Of a DNA stretch of 64,000 bases, positions 38,201 through 48,418 are shown piece by piece. A model generated the notes under the pieces. The model made no database searches. It was not told the origin of the DNA and worked only from the letters and a program-made list of their open reading frames with translations. The position numbers were made by a program, and so were the translations under genes. The stretch spans positions 1,216,001-1,280,000 of the forward strand of contig CM000436.1 in NCBI GenBank assembly GCA_000165345.1, written 5' to 3'. Within the stretch, counting starts at the first letter, position 1. Each line of letters begins with the position of its first letter.

Positions 38201-40259
38201 TCAATTATATGGCAATCATAGAAATTGTTTAATATTAGTAAAATTACAATTATGTTTTTCTCTATTATATTTTGTGAATGGTAATTTTCAAGAATGTTAT
38301 ACTAATTCAAAAAATGTTGAAAAGATATTGACACCATTATTAAGTGAGGTTTCTGAAGATGATTCAATACATTGGATGATTATTATTGCTTTAAGATTTA
38401 TTGCTTTATCATCATTACAATTAGGAAATTATGCTCAATGTATTGTTGTAGGTGAAAGAATGTTAAGATCAACAATCAAAAGAAATACAAAACAAGTATA
38501 TTTGGAATCTATTTGTAGATACATTATTGGTGAAGCAACAATTAGATGCGGTAGATACGATAATGCATTAAAAATATTAGTAAATTCTATACCAGAATTA
38601 GATAGTTTCATGGGCCCAAGTCATAAATTTACTATAAAATTATTAATGATGGCAACAAGATGTAAGATTATTTTGGGTTGTAGAGATTTAATGTTTCCAC
38701 CATTAAATTTACAAGATAGAGAAACAGAAGTTGACAATGATTATCAATTCCAAATTGTATATGATTTATTTTGTATTGAACAAAATGCTTCAAATATTAA
38801 TGAAGATGATATATTTCTTAATAATAACAGAAATAAATATTATTATTATGATGAGAAATTTATGGCCAAATCAAGAAATTGGACAAAATTCCCTATTTTA
38901 TTAAAATATGATGATTTATTAATTATGGAAAAATCTATTTTTGATACAAAAACTGCAAAACACAGAGAAGATGCATTACTAATGTGTAGATCATTAATTA
39001 ATCGAATTATGGCAAATATAAGAGGTACAGGAAGTATATTAAATACAAATCATGAATATAATGAAAATGATCGACAAATATGGTATAATCGTTTAATGTG
39101 GGTATTAAAACATGAAATTATTATATCATTATTATCTCTTTCACAAATTGATAATGTTCGTTTATTATCTTCTATTAGATCTATAGCTGTTAGTTCAAGT
39201 GCATCACCATTTGTTAAAGATTTAACATTTGGAAGAAGAATTAAACCAAAAAATGATGATAATTATTGTTATTCAAATCAAAATCCTGGAAATAAATTAA
39301 ATATTGATAATTTATCACAAAGAATAATTAATAAAAGAATTACTGATTTTACTGATTATGGTTATATTGATTATTGTAATATTAATACAAATATACAAGA
39401 AAATATTATAAGTAAGAATATTATAGAAAATGGTATAGGAAGATCAACCGATTATCTAGGTGCTTCAGTAGTTATGAGTCCAAGACAAATGGGCCATATT
39501 TCACAAGAAAAAGAAAATTTTTGGGAATTATTAACATGTGAACCAACTATGACTATTATTGATATATGTGGGCATGTATATAAATTATTAGTAGAAAAAA
39601 AAATTTCTAGTGCTTATGAATGGTGTATTGAAATTATCAGAAATGTATCAGCTGGAAAATCTGATACTTATGAAATTAATATTGTATTAAATTTAATGCG
39701 TATATTATTATCTAAATTTCATAAGAAATATCTTATTGCTTCATTATATCCAGATTTATTAACATCTTCAGAAGATAATGAATATGAGAAGAGTAAAAAT
39801 AAATATGGATTAAACATATTTCAAAATTATTACAATAATCATCATTTTGATAATTATATTGAAGGAAATTATATTAATGGTATACAAAATAATGAACAAA
39901 ATATTAATTATAGAAATAATGTATTAAGTAAAAATTATAATAGAGATGAAAATGCTTCAAAATATGGAAATAATAAAAATATTATTAATAAAAATTACGG
40001 ATCATTTCATAACATTAATAATCAAAATAATTTTGATAGAAATGATAATAATATGTCAAGTATTGATTATTCAATATTACCACAATATAGTACAGAAGTT
40101 GCTGCTAATATAATGTTACCAATGGAGGAAGGAATTAAAGTTATCGATATTAATAATGATATACGTTGGAAAGATCCATATAGAAATTATAAATATTTTG
40201 ATTCACAATTACAAAAAAGTGCACTATTGTATTTGCCAAAAGAAGTATATGAAAAGTAA
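35256..40259 (+). CDS. Large TPR/helical-repeat protein, possibly CLU (clustered mitochondria / TIF31)-like
   Basis: 1667-codon uninterrupted ORF. The central and C-terminal regions look like TPR-type helical repeats (..LEECLSICQLAFSCTPEIPKYQVLIIALKIQCLIKYNKLEEA.., ..GNYAQCIVVGERMLRSTIKRNT..). Overall size and repeat layout resemble CLU proteins. Domain assignment not verified. Confidence 0.35.
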   Translation: MSIKLPVIEIPNEFLENSFEKPEQAIVAEDSKLTSNSKKHVLKVNPDLWFEEILDKNNSTTFEKEITCRNLNLLKTASIFIGKQKLKLKRARSIETSSKSQDLFSIPDGANELETPPVSWDVSEDHPLKSSLTPGPPSRSCLSNNWYQRLNWVWRDGYSIVNSKSDNAMEDPKYIEHDLSFIQEIGKFYAAARASAVALIHCQPTFNFGVAKAFYEVTKASNENLWSIYCPLFTDDRVFIFDSIVFTVILGSKRNGISKEVAKRLYNNEFKSKKAFCDILIQIGAKALFALPICAIVKYMGYSVLCEPLVPFNPKPKDVLKDLLQSASIPQNMISTLEDKYEKNDELYVVNSKSKKDVNILFDSLLTYNPELANQLDFVAKQLNIQGWPFPMETTDLYEHYGIKYVFKIWQHRSDGLYITRHCGELLPVYIDENQEIQPLRRLREEFLITYTSSSLPSTVSVPLFLNSNTGDPTNDYINKGFDSQFGARRVREGSNSRLNVLYNASQAMRIRLLKDLLPTINELYVGFHDPWEITELLHNYGINLNYGLGSLAQGKVIEPIRNTAIREIIARTIKRLWEEEMHISFRDQTLINEETIQIILIDYFNKIMCNTDESNIYWNSKIIPSAIKRFQLNTNKNIISKSNVQLTTLFYSLQFHIGVQFNTKVVNTDGTLRLPLKIDDLCDFTGINIGVDYLFPQVKYLKYTLARTQRLKRDSFMESIKNSNSKKMPILTLFSNQTNAYLVNQNKDDNFTKGMNGQVWAWNETGIIRGYFPKVKIVVPRTLKSINISKTILCRYIWRLRIPTWNRIFITSSKESKDSKLEDKLFTSSSILCNPIYINTVTMGNISPLRASLEGFATPCHPMCKPIYAKDNKVMNKIENNITCQFHYDCYKALYFLLIAKRLIGESIERILFLILNNGFLALQHNKLDECLSICQLAFSCTPEIPKYQVLIIALKIQCLIKYNKLEEATTEFNFMRKLILQLYGNHRNCLILVKLQLCFSLLYFVNGNFQECYTNSKNVEKILTPLLSEVSEDDSIHWMIIIALRFIALSSLQLGNYAQCIVVGERMLRSTIKRNTKQVYLESICRYIIGEATIRCGRYDNALKILVNSIPELDSFMGPSHKFTIKLLMMATRCKIILGCRDLMFPPLNLQDRETEVDNDYQFQIVYDLFCIEQNASNINEDDIFLNNNRNKYYYYDEKFMAKSRNWTKFPILLKYDDLLIMEKSIFDTKTAKHREDALLMCRSLINRIMANIRGTGSILNTNHEYNENDRQIWYNRLMWVLKHEIIISLLSLSQIDNVRLLSSIRSIAVSSSASPFVKDLTFGRRIKPKNDDNYCYSNQNPGNKLNIDNLSQRIINKRITDFTDYGYIDYCNINTNIQENIISKNIIENGIGRSTDYLGASVVMSPRQMGHISQEKENFWELLTCEPTMTIIDICGHVYKLLVEKKISSAYEWCIEIIRNVSAGKSDTYEINIVLNLMRILLSKFHKKYLIASLYPDLLTSSEDNEYEKSKNKYGLNIFQNYYNNHHFDNYIEGNYINGIQNNEQNINYRNNVLSKNYNRDENASKYGNNKNIINKNYGSFHNINNQNNFDRNDNNMSSIDYSILPQYSTEVAANIMLPMEEGIKVIDINNDIRWKDPYRNYKYFDSQLQKSALLYLPKEVYEK

Positions 40260-40292
40260 TCAAATTATAGTAAGCACACCCGTGTATTAGTT

Positions 40293-40364
40293 GGCCCTGT
40301 AGTGTAATGGTTATCACCCAGGATTCTGATTCCTGTGATCTGGGTTCGATTCCCAGCAGGGCCT
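40293..40364 (+). tRNA. tRNA-Gln(CUG): tRNA-Gln (anticodon CUG)
   Basis: GGCCCTG-TA-GTGT-AATGGTTA-TCAC-C-CAGGA-TTCTGAT-TCCTG-TGAT-CTGGG-TTCGATT-CCCAG-CAGGGCC-T. Perfect 7-bp acceptor stem, 5-bp anticodon stem, anticodon CTG at positions 34-36, TTCGATT T-loop. Followed by CTCTTTT (Pol III terminator). Near-identical in layout to eukaryotic tRNA-Gln-CTG. Confidence 0.9.
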
Positions 40365-40714
40365 CTTTTACTCGTGCTTTTCTCCACTAAGCGCGCTCTT
40401 TTGTTTTATTTATATTTCAATATTACTTTCAAGTTATATTATAAATATAAGTGTGAAAATATTAAATGGAGAAAAATATTTTGAAAAATAAAGAAATACC
40501 ACCAAGTTTTACAACAACTAATGGCAATAGAAATATTCTTTAAAATTTAAAAAAATTTGTTAGTAAGTAACCAAATAGAATTCATTGCAATAAATATTTG
40601 TATGTACCATGTATGCATGGGAAAAAAAAAATGTATATAAATATAATTTATTATAAGGTATTTAATAGGATATATATGAAATAAATAAAGTAGTAATAAT
40701 TGAAATATAGAGTA

Positions 40715-41110
40715 TTATTTGTTGTATTGTTTTGTTTTCGTTTTCTTGAGCTGTTTGATCAATTCATCCTTTTCTTGAATTAGTTTGTCTTTCCTCTGTA
40801 TTTCTTCCTTAGCGGTTTTGAAAAGACAATAAATGTTATTAGTAAGAATCTGTAGTTCATTCTCAAGTCCATGCATTCTTCTCAAGTAAATTTCGCAAGA
40901 AGAACATCTAAATTCTAATTTGGGATCAGAAGGATCAGAGGTCGGGGTTAATGGATTTAGTTGATATTCAGAGTCCGTTAAGTTTGATGAAGTGGGAGAG
41001 ACTGGCGAGGTCGAAGCCTGGTTAAGCTCCCAAATAGCAAATTGGCTAGTATCAAAACTTGACGAGTCTTTTGCAAACTCTGAATTAGATTGCATGTACA
41101 AAACTTTCAA
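40715..41110 (-). CDS. Small hypothetical protein with C-terminal coiled coil
   Basis: 131-codon ORF. C-terminal LENELQILTNNIYCLFKTAKEEIQRKDKLIQEKDELIKQLKK heptad-like segment. TTTTGGCGGGAAAT motif about 85 bp upstream of the ATG. Confidence 0.4.
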   Translation of the reverse strand: MKVLYMQSNSEFAKDSSSFDTSQFAIWELNQASTSPVSPTSSNLTDSEYQLNPLTPTSDPSDPKLEFRCSSCEIYLRRMHGLENELQILTNNIYCLFKTAKEEIQRKDKLIQEKDELIKQLKKTKTKQYNK

Positions 41111-41187
41111 ATATATAAATAAGAGAATTTATCTATTCACTAATTAATTAATATAAAGCATCGCTATATTATATTAACATTAATAAG

Positions 41188-41201
41188 TTTTGGCGGGAAA
41201 T
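41188..41201. promoter_or_regulatory. E2F-like TTTTGGCGGGAAAT about 85 bp upstream of gene 40715-41110 (minus)
   Basis: Matches TTTSGCGGGAAA. Confidence 0.45.
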
Positions 41202-41248
41202 ACTGCCATTTGTAATGTTTGACAAGGTATACATGTAATTAAAATGAT

Positions 41249-42418
41249 TTAAGGAGAAAGAACTTTTTGAATGAGAGTTTGCTTAAGAATATCAATATTG
41301 ATATTAATGAGAGATGTATTTTTGACATGCTCATTTCTTATAACGCATGCAAGAACAATATTATGGTCGATTGATTGAATATGAAGAAGATGTCCAGAAT
41401 CAAGGTTAATGGAGCATGAGATCCCAGATGAGCTTCTTGACAAAGAACAATTTGGTGCGTATATTTCGTTAATTTCAGAAATGACATTGAGGATATCAGC
41501 GCATAGTTCGAATCCAATAGGATCGAAAAGAGATGAGTCGCTGGCAACAAATGTTCTGGAATAAATATCCATAAGGAAAGCCTTTTCCAAAGAAGAAGAA
41601 ATGACTAGAACATCTAGAAGTTTCTCAAGTATTTGAGTAAATGGTGAGATTTTCTGTGTGACTTTGCTGAAAGCTTCTAAAAGAGAATCATTATATATAG
41701 AGGTAAAGTGGTATCTAATGTCAATTTCAAAGCCGTGTTGGAAAATAAAGCTTGAGATTTTTTCATGGATATCTCTTTGAGATTCCAAGTGGGCTCCATC
41801 CAATGAAAATGTCTCATTGTCAGTTTTATGAAGGAAAACTTCAAAAGTGATTCCAGGTTTAACTTGGATAGCATTTTGGAAAAGTCTTTTAGCCCTTAAA
41901 ATTTCCGTATTATAGGGATAATTTTGGGAATCAATAACAAAAACTAATGATGAAACTTTACTGAAGATATCTTCCCCCAATAGGGAATCTTGGATCTGAC
42001 CAGTCCCAGGTAAATCAATGATTCCAAAACAAGGAAGAATTTTTGACTCATTCTTAATCAAAGTAATACTTCCTGATTGGGTTGGATATAAAGAAACTGT
42101 CTCGTGTGGAGAAACTTTATCATACAATACTTTAATTATGGAAGTCTTCCCACTACTCCCCAATCCACATAGCATAATTAATGGTATATCATTTTCTAAT
42201 ATAATCTTTCTATCAGCTTCTTCAGGAAAGATTTTGTAAATTGAGGATTCTACCAAGTTGGAATTATTTTTTTCCAATAATTGACTTCCCAAAAGTAGAT
42301 GGTTAGAGTTTCCTGTAGTTAAGGCAGTCTTGTCACTTTCTACATTTAAATTAAGATCATTATTTCTTAATGTATCTGAAATCATTCTTTTTCTGATAAA
42401 CTTTAAATGAAAATCCAA
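41249..42418 (-). CDS. Rag-family small GTPase, RagC/D (Gtr2) type
   Basis: MLCGLGSSGKTSIIKVLYDKVSPHETVSLYPTQ..IIDLPGTGQ..SLVFVIDSQN parallels RagC ([48 protein letters not shown]). C-terminal roadblock-like region present. Confidence 0.75.
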   Translation of the reverse strand: MDFHLKFIRKRMISDTLRNNDLNLNVESDKTALTTGNSNHLLLGSQLLEKNNSNLVESSIYKIFPEEADRKIILENDIPLIMLCGLGSSGKTSIIKVLYDKVSPHETVSLYPTQSGSITLIKNESKILPCFGIIDLPGTGQIQDSLLGEDIFSKVSSLVFVIDSQNYPYNTEILRAKRLFQNAIQVKPGITFEVFLHKTDNETFSLDGAHLESQRDIHEKISSFIFQHGFEIDIRYHFTSIYNDSLLEAFSKVTQKISPFTQILEKLLDVLVISSSLEKAFLMDIYSRTFVASDSSLFDPIGFELCADILNVISEINEIYAPNCSLSRSSSGISCSINLDSGHLLHIQSIDHNIVLACVIRNEHVKNTSLININIDILKQTLIQKVLSP

Positions 42419-42743
42419 TACTCTAGTTATATAAATTAAAAAGACTAGTTTTCTCCTTTTTCAAACCTAATTCAATACGTTCTCTTTAAGGACTTCACCC
42501 CACACAAATTCATAGAAAACTTTGTTATTTCACTATTCTTAATTAAAACCTCTATATCAAAGGAACCAAAGGAGAATTAAAAATACCATTAGTTCAGTTC
42601 AATAGTTATTTGCCATACCAAACACTTTCCTAATACTATTTGCAACTTAACCTTTCAACCCCCTCTTCTATACATACCACTCATGCAAATTATCTCTCGG
42701 TATTCTATTATTATTTATGCTATTATATTGATTTATTTCTATT

Positions 42744-42772
42744 GGGCGGGCAATTTTGGCGGGCAATTTTGG
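42744..42772. promoter_or_regulatory. Tandem duplicated GGCGGGCAATTTT x2 in the divergent RagC/Utp12 promoter
   Basis: TTGGGCGGGCAATTTTGGCGGGCAATTTTGG. 13-bp unit repeated exactly, about 330 bp from the RagC ATG and about 245 bp from the Utp12-gene ATG. Confidence 0.45.
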
Positions 42773-43014
42773 AAATAAAGAAAAAATAGAGGCAGTAAAA
42801 AGAGAAAAGTCATAAATTGACCAAGTAGGCATTCGGAGAAAAGCGAAAGAAGAATTCAAGTCAGATTAGTTTTTCTTTGATTCTGCTTATATAATTAAGT
42901 TTATTGGTCTGCTCATCAATCTGATAGCAGTTATAGATTAGTTATTAGTAACTAATAGCTATAAGTTAATTCAATATTACGTAATTAGTTATTTAGAGGA
43001 GGAATCAAGATAAA

Positions 43015-43908
43015 ATGGAGGACCATTCAGAACAGAGTGTTTTACATTCTCCCAAAAAAATGAGAAAGACGGGAATTAATGAAGTTAATAAGGTGACAGG
43101 AGGAACCGTTTGTGATGAACACGAATTTATAGGAACTAATAATCAGAGTGTGACGATAGTGAATATATTGAGACAAGGTATACAAAGTAAGGACAAAAAT
43201 ATGTTGGAGAACGCTCTTTCTCATAATGATATTAAAATAATTAGAGGTTCAGTAAGCCAAATTTCTGATGGGAATTGTCTGGAGCTCTTTGAGGAGATTA
43301 TGAATAGAATAGAAGATAATCCAATGAAGCTTTTAGAGCTTTCTAACTGGATTTCAGTTCTGCTTGAAGGTATAGCAAGACAGGTCGTAGCTTTTAAAGG
43401 GGATACTGATAGAATTTTACTTATTTTGAACCAAATGGAAAGGTTGAATGAAATTATTTCCATGAGGCTAAGTTATAACCAAGATTTGATAAGTCTCCAA
43501 TCTACTTTGGATATATTTCAGCATATTATTGAGGAAAACAAACTTATCACGGAAATGTGTAATAAGATATCCTCTGAGTCTAATAACGCTTTAATCACTT
43601 ACCAATTTGAGGCGGATCAAGAAAATGATGAAAATGATAGCTTTGACAATTATGAAGATGAAGATGAGGATGACATCGATATTGACCATGAGGACGAAAA
43701 TGAAGATGACGATGATGAAGATGAAGATGATGATAATGACGAAGTTGACGATAATGGCAATGAAGATGAAGATGATGAGGATTACAACAGCAAGATACGC
43801 AAAGTCCGCAAAACAAAAGGTGTAAAGGATGAAAGTGATGAAAATGATAGCGATAGCGAAGAGAATGATGATGACAATGAGTATGAAGAGAGATCAAACT
43901 CCGAATAG
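43015..43908 (+). CDS. Nucleolar-type protein with Utp12-like helical domain and poly-acidic (D/E) C-terminal tail
   Basis: Residues ~40-190 (SVTIVNILRQGIQSKDKNMLENALSHNDIKIIRGSV..LLELSNWISVLLEGIARQV..ILLILNQMERLNEIISMRLSYNQDLISLQSTL) fit the Utp12/Dip2 C-terminal domain pattern (..ALHS.D..LLE.VL..I..TV..L..LL..L..WL..VL..H..L..L..L.GRL.LL). C-terminus is ~90 residues of D/E/N. No WD40 region seen upstream, so possibly a stand-alone domain or upstream exons were missed. Confidence 0.45.
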   Translation: MEDHSEQSVLHSPKKMRKTGINEVNKVTGGTVCDEHEFIGTNNQSVTIVNILRQGIQSKDKNMLENALSHNDIKIIRGSVSQISDGNCLELFEEIMNRIEDNPMKLLELSNWISVLLEGIARQVVAFKGDTDRILLILNQMERLNEIISMRLSYNQDLISLQSTLDIFQHIIEENKLITEMCNKISSESNNALITYQFEADQENDENDSFDNYEDEDEDDIDIDHEDENEDDDDEDEDDDNDEVDDNGNEDEDDEDYNSKIRKVRKTKGVKDESDENDSDSEENDDDNEYEERSNSE

Positions 43909-44491
43909 GAAAATCGAAAATAGAACTAAAACTGATTTTTTCAGGTTCTATTCCAGAATCCTCTACTAATATCTTATCAATAATTTGATTTCAATTGTCC
44001 CCAATTAGTTTATTTTCTTCTTTTTAGCCTAAAAGTCCTAAATAAGCAAATATAATATATATTTAGTATTGGAAGTCCTGATCAATTTTTAATGATGTTT
44101 TGTCTTAGCTTAAATTGCAATAAAAAAGATTTATATTGGATTTTTGTAAGATTTTATTCATTATATATTATAAGTTTAAAAGAAGAAAGAAGGGAAATTA
44201 CGAAGTAAAGAGGAAAAAAAAAATATGTCCCTAACCAAAAGTATGGAAATGGAAAAGGAGATATTAGAGAGGGAAAAGTTAAGGGAGAAAAAAAAGGAAA
44301 GGGTTTTCTTTATCAATTATTAAAATTTTGTATGCAAATAAATTAATTAATTACTAAAATTAGGCCTTTGGAATTTAATTTATGCTCGGATTAAAGTAAA
44401 AAAAAAAAGGCCGGTAAAATAGAATTAAAGCTCTGAAAATCTAAAAATTAAGAAACAAATAAAGAGAAAAAGTCATTAACTAAAAGATATA

Positions 44492-45007
44492 ATGTGTTAT
44501 CTTGGTTCTTCAACTCATGGAAGATGTTGTTGCTGCATTCCTTTGGGAATTTCTGGAACAATAACATCTCTCATCTTGTTGGCATCAGGAATCTTCACAA
44601 CATGCCAATTTTCACAAACTCCAAATCAGGAAATTGGTGGTTTAACTTCATCAGCTTTGTTTACAGGTGTCACACTTTTATCATTCTTATGCTTTTATTG
44701 TGGTCCAGGAGGAGCAGGATTCGCATATTTTGCAACACAATTTAGTGCAATTGTTGTAACTTTTCAGTTAATATACCAGTGGTGTCTTTGGAGCTATAGT
44801 TTTCTACAAGTTGGACACTTCCTAATAGGATTTAAAATGGCATTTATTATTACTATGATTTGGATTGTAACACTAATAGTAAATATTATTTCTATCACTA
44901 TTTTTAGATCCACTTGGGAAATCAAGATTCAAGGAGGAAGTACATGGAATTTAAAGAATGCTCAAGAAGTAAGACTTAAGAATTTGGAAAACGCTGTAGG
45001 ATTATAA
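44492..45007 (+). CDS. Small 4-TM membrane protein with Cys-rich N-terminus
   Basis: 171-codon ORF: MCYLGSSTHGRCCCCIPLG followed by four hydrophobic segments. No recognised family. Confidence 0.4.
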   Translation: MCYLGSSTHGRCCCCIPLGISGTITSLILLASGIFTTCQFSQTPNQEIGGLTSSALFTGVTLLSFLCFYCGPGGAGFAYFATQFSAIVVTFQLIYQWCLWSYSFLQVGHFLIGFKMAFIITMIWIVTLIVNIISITIFRSTWEIKIQGGSTWNLKNAQEVRLKNLENAVGL

Positions 45008-45158
45008 TTAGATCATTGAATATTAGCTATGAGATAAACTAGATAACTTATGTAATAAATGCTAGATATTACAAATTTGATATTATTTAAAAAACTACCT
45101 CGAAATAGTTTTCATTACTATTTACTTTTCTATATTAATATTTCATAATACTTAATTC

Positions 45159-45635
45159 CTAATACAAGCCACCTCCTCCCCAGGCATCTGTAAGCTGCAG
45201 CTCTCTAAGTGTATCGCTACTAATTTGTACCGAGTGATTTTTTCCTGGCTCCCAAACATGAGCTTTAGATGAGCTGTTTGTTAACACATACTTGTATTCG
45301 ATATTCTCAATCTTACTATTTGGAACAATCTTAACATTTGCAGTCCAAAAACTTCCTTCAGTCCATTTCATTGTTAATCCATTGTCAACATTCCAGTTAC
45401 CCAGTTCAGCTATATTCCCAACTACTTTAAGTTCTTGTCCAAATTTTGTTTCAAATTTCACACCAAACTTTACAATAACGCTAACATTCATCTTCTCGCG
45501 TCGTATTGCCTCCTCCAATGCTTCCTCATATATTCTTAATTTGCGATCATGTAATTTTTTCTCATATAACTTTCTTATCCTAAGCCTATTTTCATCCAGG
45601 GTCTCCTCTGTATTTTCTTTCCTACTTGGCTCCAT
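45159..45635 (-). CDS. CBM20 starch-binding-domain protein
   Basis: VKFGVKFETKFGQELKVVGNIAELGNWNVDNGLTMKWTEGSFWTANVKIVPNSKIENIEYKYVL matches carbohydrate-binding module family 20 (..LGNW....M.W..W......EYKY). N-terminal helical segment. Confidence 0.65.
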   Translation of the reverse strand: MEPSRKENTEETLDENRLRIRKLYEKKLHDRKLRIYEEALEEAIRREKMNVSVIVKFGVKFETKFGQELKVVGNIAELGNWNVDNGLTMKWTEGSFWTANVKIVPNSKIENIEYKYVLTNSSSKAHVWEPGKNHSVQISSDTLRELQLTDAWGGGGLY

Positions 45636-45989
45636 TTTGAGATCAAACTTTTTCTTCTTTTATAAAGAGACCTTCAGACTTAATAATATTTGTTCAGAGC
45701 CGTTTTGTTAACCAAATTAATTAACTAGGTCAAAATTAACCTCTGGTGTGTTTGCTTTGCTAACCCCCCCTCCTTTTCCTTTCTGCACTATATCTTGCTA
45801 TATAATATTACAATTGCTTGTTTAAATCTACTACTTCCTTGTCAAACCTTCTCAAATTTTCTTTTATTCAGTTTTTCTATACTATTTTTAAGTAAAACGA
45901 ATTTATAACGTTTCCGTAATTATATTGCTCTTTTTACTATTTCTTTTATACTATTTTATTTTCTGCCCTTAATCCCCAAATTAATTTCC

Positions 45990-46010
45990 CACGTGCATTT
46001 CCCGCCTAAA
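45990..46010. promoter_or_regulatory. CACGTG E-box adjacent to GCATTTCCCGCCTAAA (E2F-like)
   Basis: The 16-mer GCATTTCCCGCCTAAA is identical to the one at 50926-50941. About 360 bp upstream of the CBM20 gene start (minus strand). Confidence 0.4.
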
Positions 46011-46114
46011 GTAAATAGTGATCTAAATTAACTTCTTAATTAAATATAAAATAGAAACAAAAAACGTCAAGTCCCGAACCTAAATTACTTTAACAATCAA
46101 TTTGAGTAAATGAT

Positions 46115-46155
<41 letters not shown>

Positions 46156-47160
46156 CCGTAGAAAACCGGAAAAACGAATTAAACTGTATGAGACCCCATT
46201 TTAGTTGTGTTGTAAAACTATTTATTGTTGGGATAATACCAAAATAAAAAGTTTCGGTAAAGACTCATTCTCAATGAATTTTACCAAAAATTGGAGGCAA
46301 AATTATGCATGCAAAAATCACAAAAAATTTTTTTATTTTCAAAAAGTTTATATTTAAATAACTATTAAAAATAAAAATATGCATGCACATTCTTTTAATC
46401 TCTACATGCAAAACTACTTTATTATTTCATGAATCACATTTAATGTTGATTCAACATCTATTTGAATGCGCGCACATATATTTCATCAGTTAATATTAAA
46501 TAGGGTATTATATTAATTAGTACGGAAGTGATACAATTTTTCCCAAAAAAAAAAAATGAATGAAATTTTTCTCGTTTAATTTGTTTTATATTTATTAGAA
46601 ACTATTTTCTTGCACTTTTACAGTTAAATAATCATATTAATTTACATTTTTTCTCACCATTGATTCAATTGCCCATGTACTAATTCTTGTAAATCTAATA
46701 TTTGATCGTTGCCGCCAATTTACATAACGTCTCGTCTCCAGGATTGTGTGTACTATTGAGAAAAAAAAAGCTAATATTATAGAATACATGTAAAAAGCAA
46801 AGGAGTAAATATAAAATAGGGAGAGAGTGGTTAAATATATAATATATATTTATATACATATAGATATATATCTATATATACCAATAAATAATTTTGAGAA
46901 AAATAAAAAGGTAAAGGTTGCATGATTGGACAAGAATAAGAAATTGAGAAGAGTTTAAAGTCATTAAGGGGCAGACACTTTAAGAATTTGAATTTTAAGA
47001 ACACAAGATTATAGGCAGATCAATAGAGTTAGTACAGTAATTTAGTACAGATTAGCTGGAAAATTTGATAGATCTTGTAAGAAAACAATTAATAGAGCAT
47101 TGATATCAACAATTATTATCATTTTAGCTGATCTAATAAATTTAGAAAAAAATAATAAAG

Positions 47161-48135
47161 ATGCAACAGCCACAACAACCAAATGATATGTTCCATACAT
47201 CAGTAGGAGATGGAGTAACAGCAACTTGGGTAGATCCCGCACAAATGGGACAGGTAAATAATAATTGCTTCCCAAATCAAGCGCATCCATCATCAGGATA
47301 TTATCGATTGGAAGTAGACCAAGCTCCACTCATTACAGTTCCTGTAGTACAGGAGATTCAAAGAAGAGATAAAATTATTGAGGTACCTCAAACAATTATT
47401 AAAGATAAGATCTTACCAAAGATTTATCATCAGGAAGTTATTCATGAAGTTCCAAAGCTTGAAGTTGAGGTACAAGAGAAGGAGGTTGAGGTTCCAAATG
47501 TAACTGTAGTAGAAAAGGTGGTTGATTTAGAACATATTGTTGGATTCAATCCAAAGTACGTACCAACCTGGGAAGTTAGGGAAGTACCAAAACTCGTTCC
47601 AAAATTTGTTGGTGAACAAAAAGTCCTTTATATTGAAATTTCTCAAATTCAATATGTTGATAAAGTAACTGAAAAAGAGGTTGTCGTAGATGTTGTTGAT
47701 AAGGTAGTTCCAAAAGTTGTCGAAATTGAAGAGCCAATAGAAGTTATCCGATATAAATGGAAGGAAGTTTATGATGATATACCAGTTGTTAAATATGTAC
47801 CCAAGTTTGATGTTGAGGTTGTATGCCCTGCTCCAGTTATTGTGCCTTATGTGCAGCCAGAAATTAAGGATCTACCACCAGTTAAAGTTACAGTTGGCCC
47901 AGATGGTAGAGAAACCAATATGGCTCAGGATTACAATATACCAAATAATGTAGTTTCTTCACCAAATTCTATCCCAAATATGAATGCTAACTTAGCTCAA
48001 ATTAATGATATCAATAGCTCTCCCTTCCCATTACCAGAAGGAAGCCAACCAGTTGAGCCAAGAATGCCACAATTCATGAAAGGAAATATGCCAGTAAATG
48101 TTAGAGTAATGCCCCCACATCCAAATAATCAATAG
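47161..48135 (+). CDS. Alveolin-repeat (inner membrane complex / subpellicular network) protein
   Basis: Core is iterated valine/proline/charged repeats EVPQ, EVPKLEVEVQEKEVEVPNVTVVEKVVD, EVREVPKLVPKFV, VVDKVVPKVVEIEEPIEVIRY, VVKYVPKFDVEVV. This is the alveolin repeat signature (EKIVEVP / EVVRYVEVP type) diagnostic of alveolates. Flanks are Q/N/P-rich. Confidence 0.65.
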   Translation: MQQPQQPNDMFHTSVGDGVTATWVDPAQMGQVNNNCFPNQAHPSSGYYRLEVDQAPLITVPVVQEIQRRDKIIEVPQTIIKDKILPKIYHQEVIHEVPKLEVEVQEKEVEVPNVTVVEKVVDLEHIVGFNPKYVPTWEVREVPKLVPKFVGEQKVLYIEISQIQYVDKVTEKEVVVDVVDKVVPKVVEIEEPIEVIRYKWKEVYDDIPVVKYVPKFDVEVVCPAPVIVPYVQPEIKDLPPVKVTVGPDGRETNMAQDYNIPNNVVSSPNSIPNMNANLAQINDINSSPFPLPEGSQPVEPRMPQFMKGNMPVNVRVMPPHPNNQ

Positions 48136-48418
48136 AGTTGAATTATTTAAGAATGTTTTCATTGTGAATAAAAGTATGGTATTGTAGCTAAGAAACATTA
48201 TTTGTATTTTTTTTCAATGAAAGCACTTTTATTAAATATATCGTTGCTAACAATTGATCTTATTATATCATTTTGCTATCCAAAAAATAGCAAAGGCAAA
48301 AAATCATAGTAATGGAAAAAATAATGATTTAGTATCACCAATCAAATTTTTTTTCAATAAATATCAAATATATTTCCTTAAATAACTAATAATACTAATA
48401 ATCAATAATTGCTTATTT

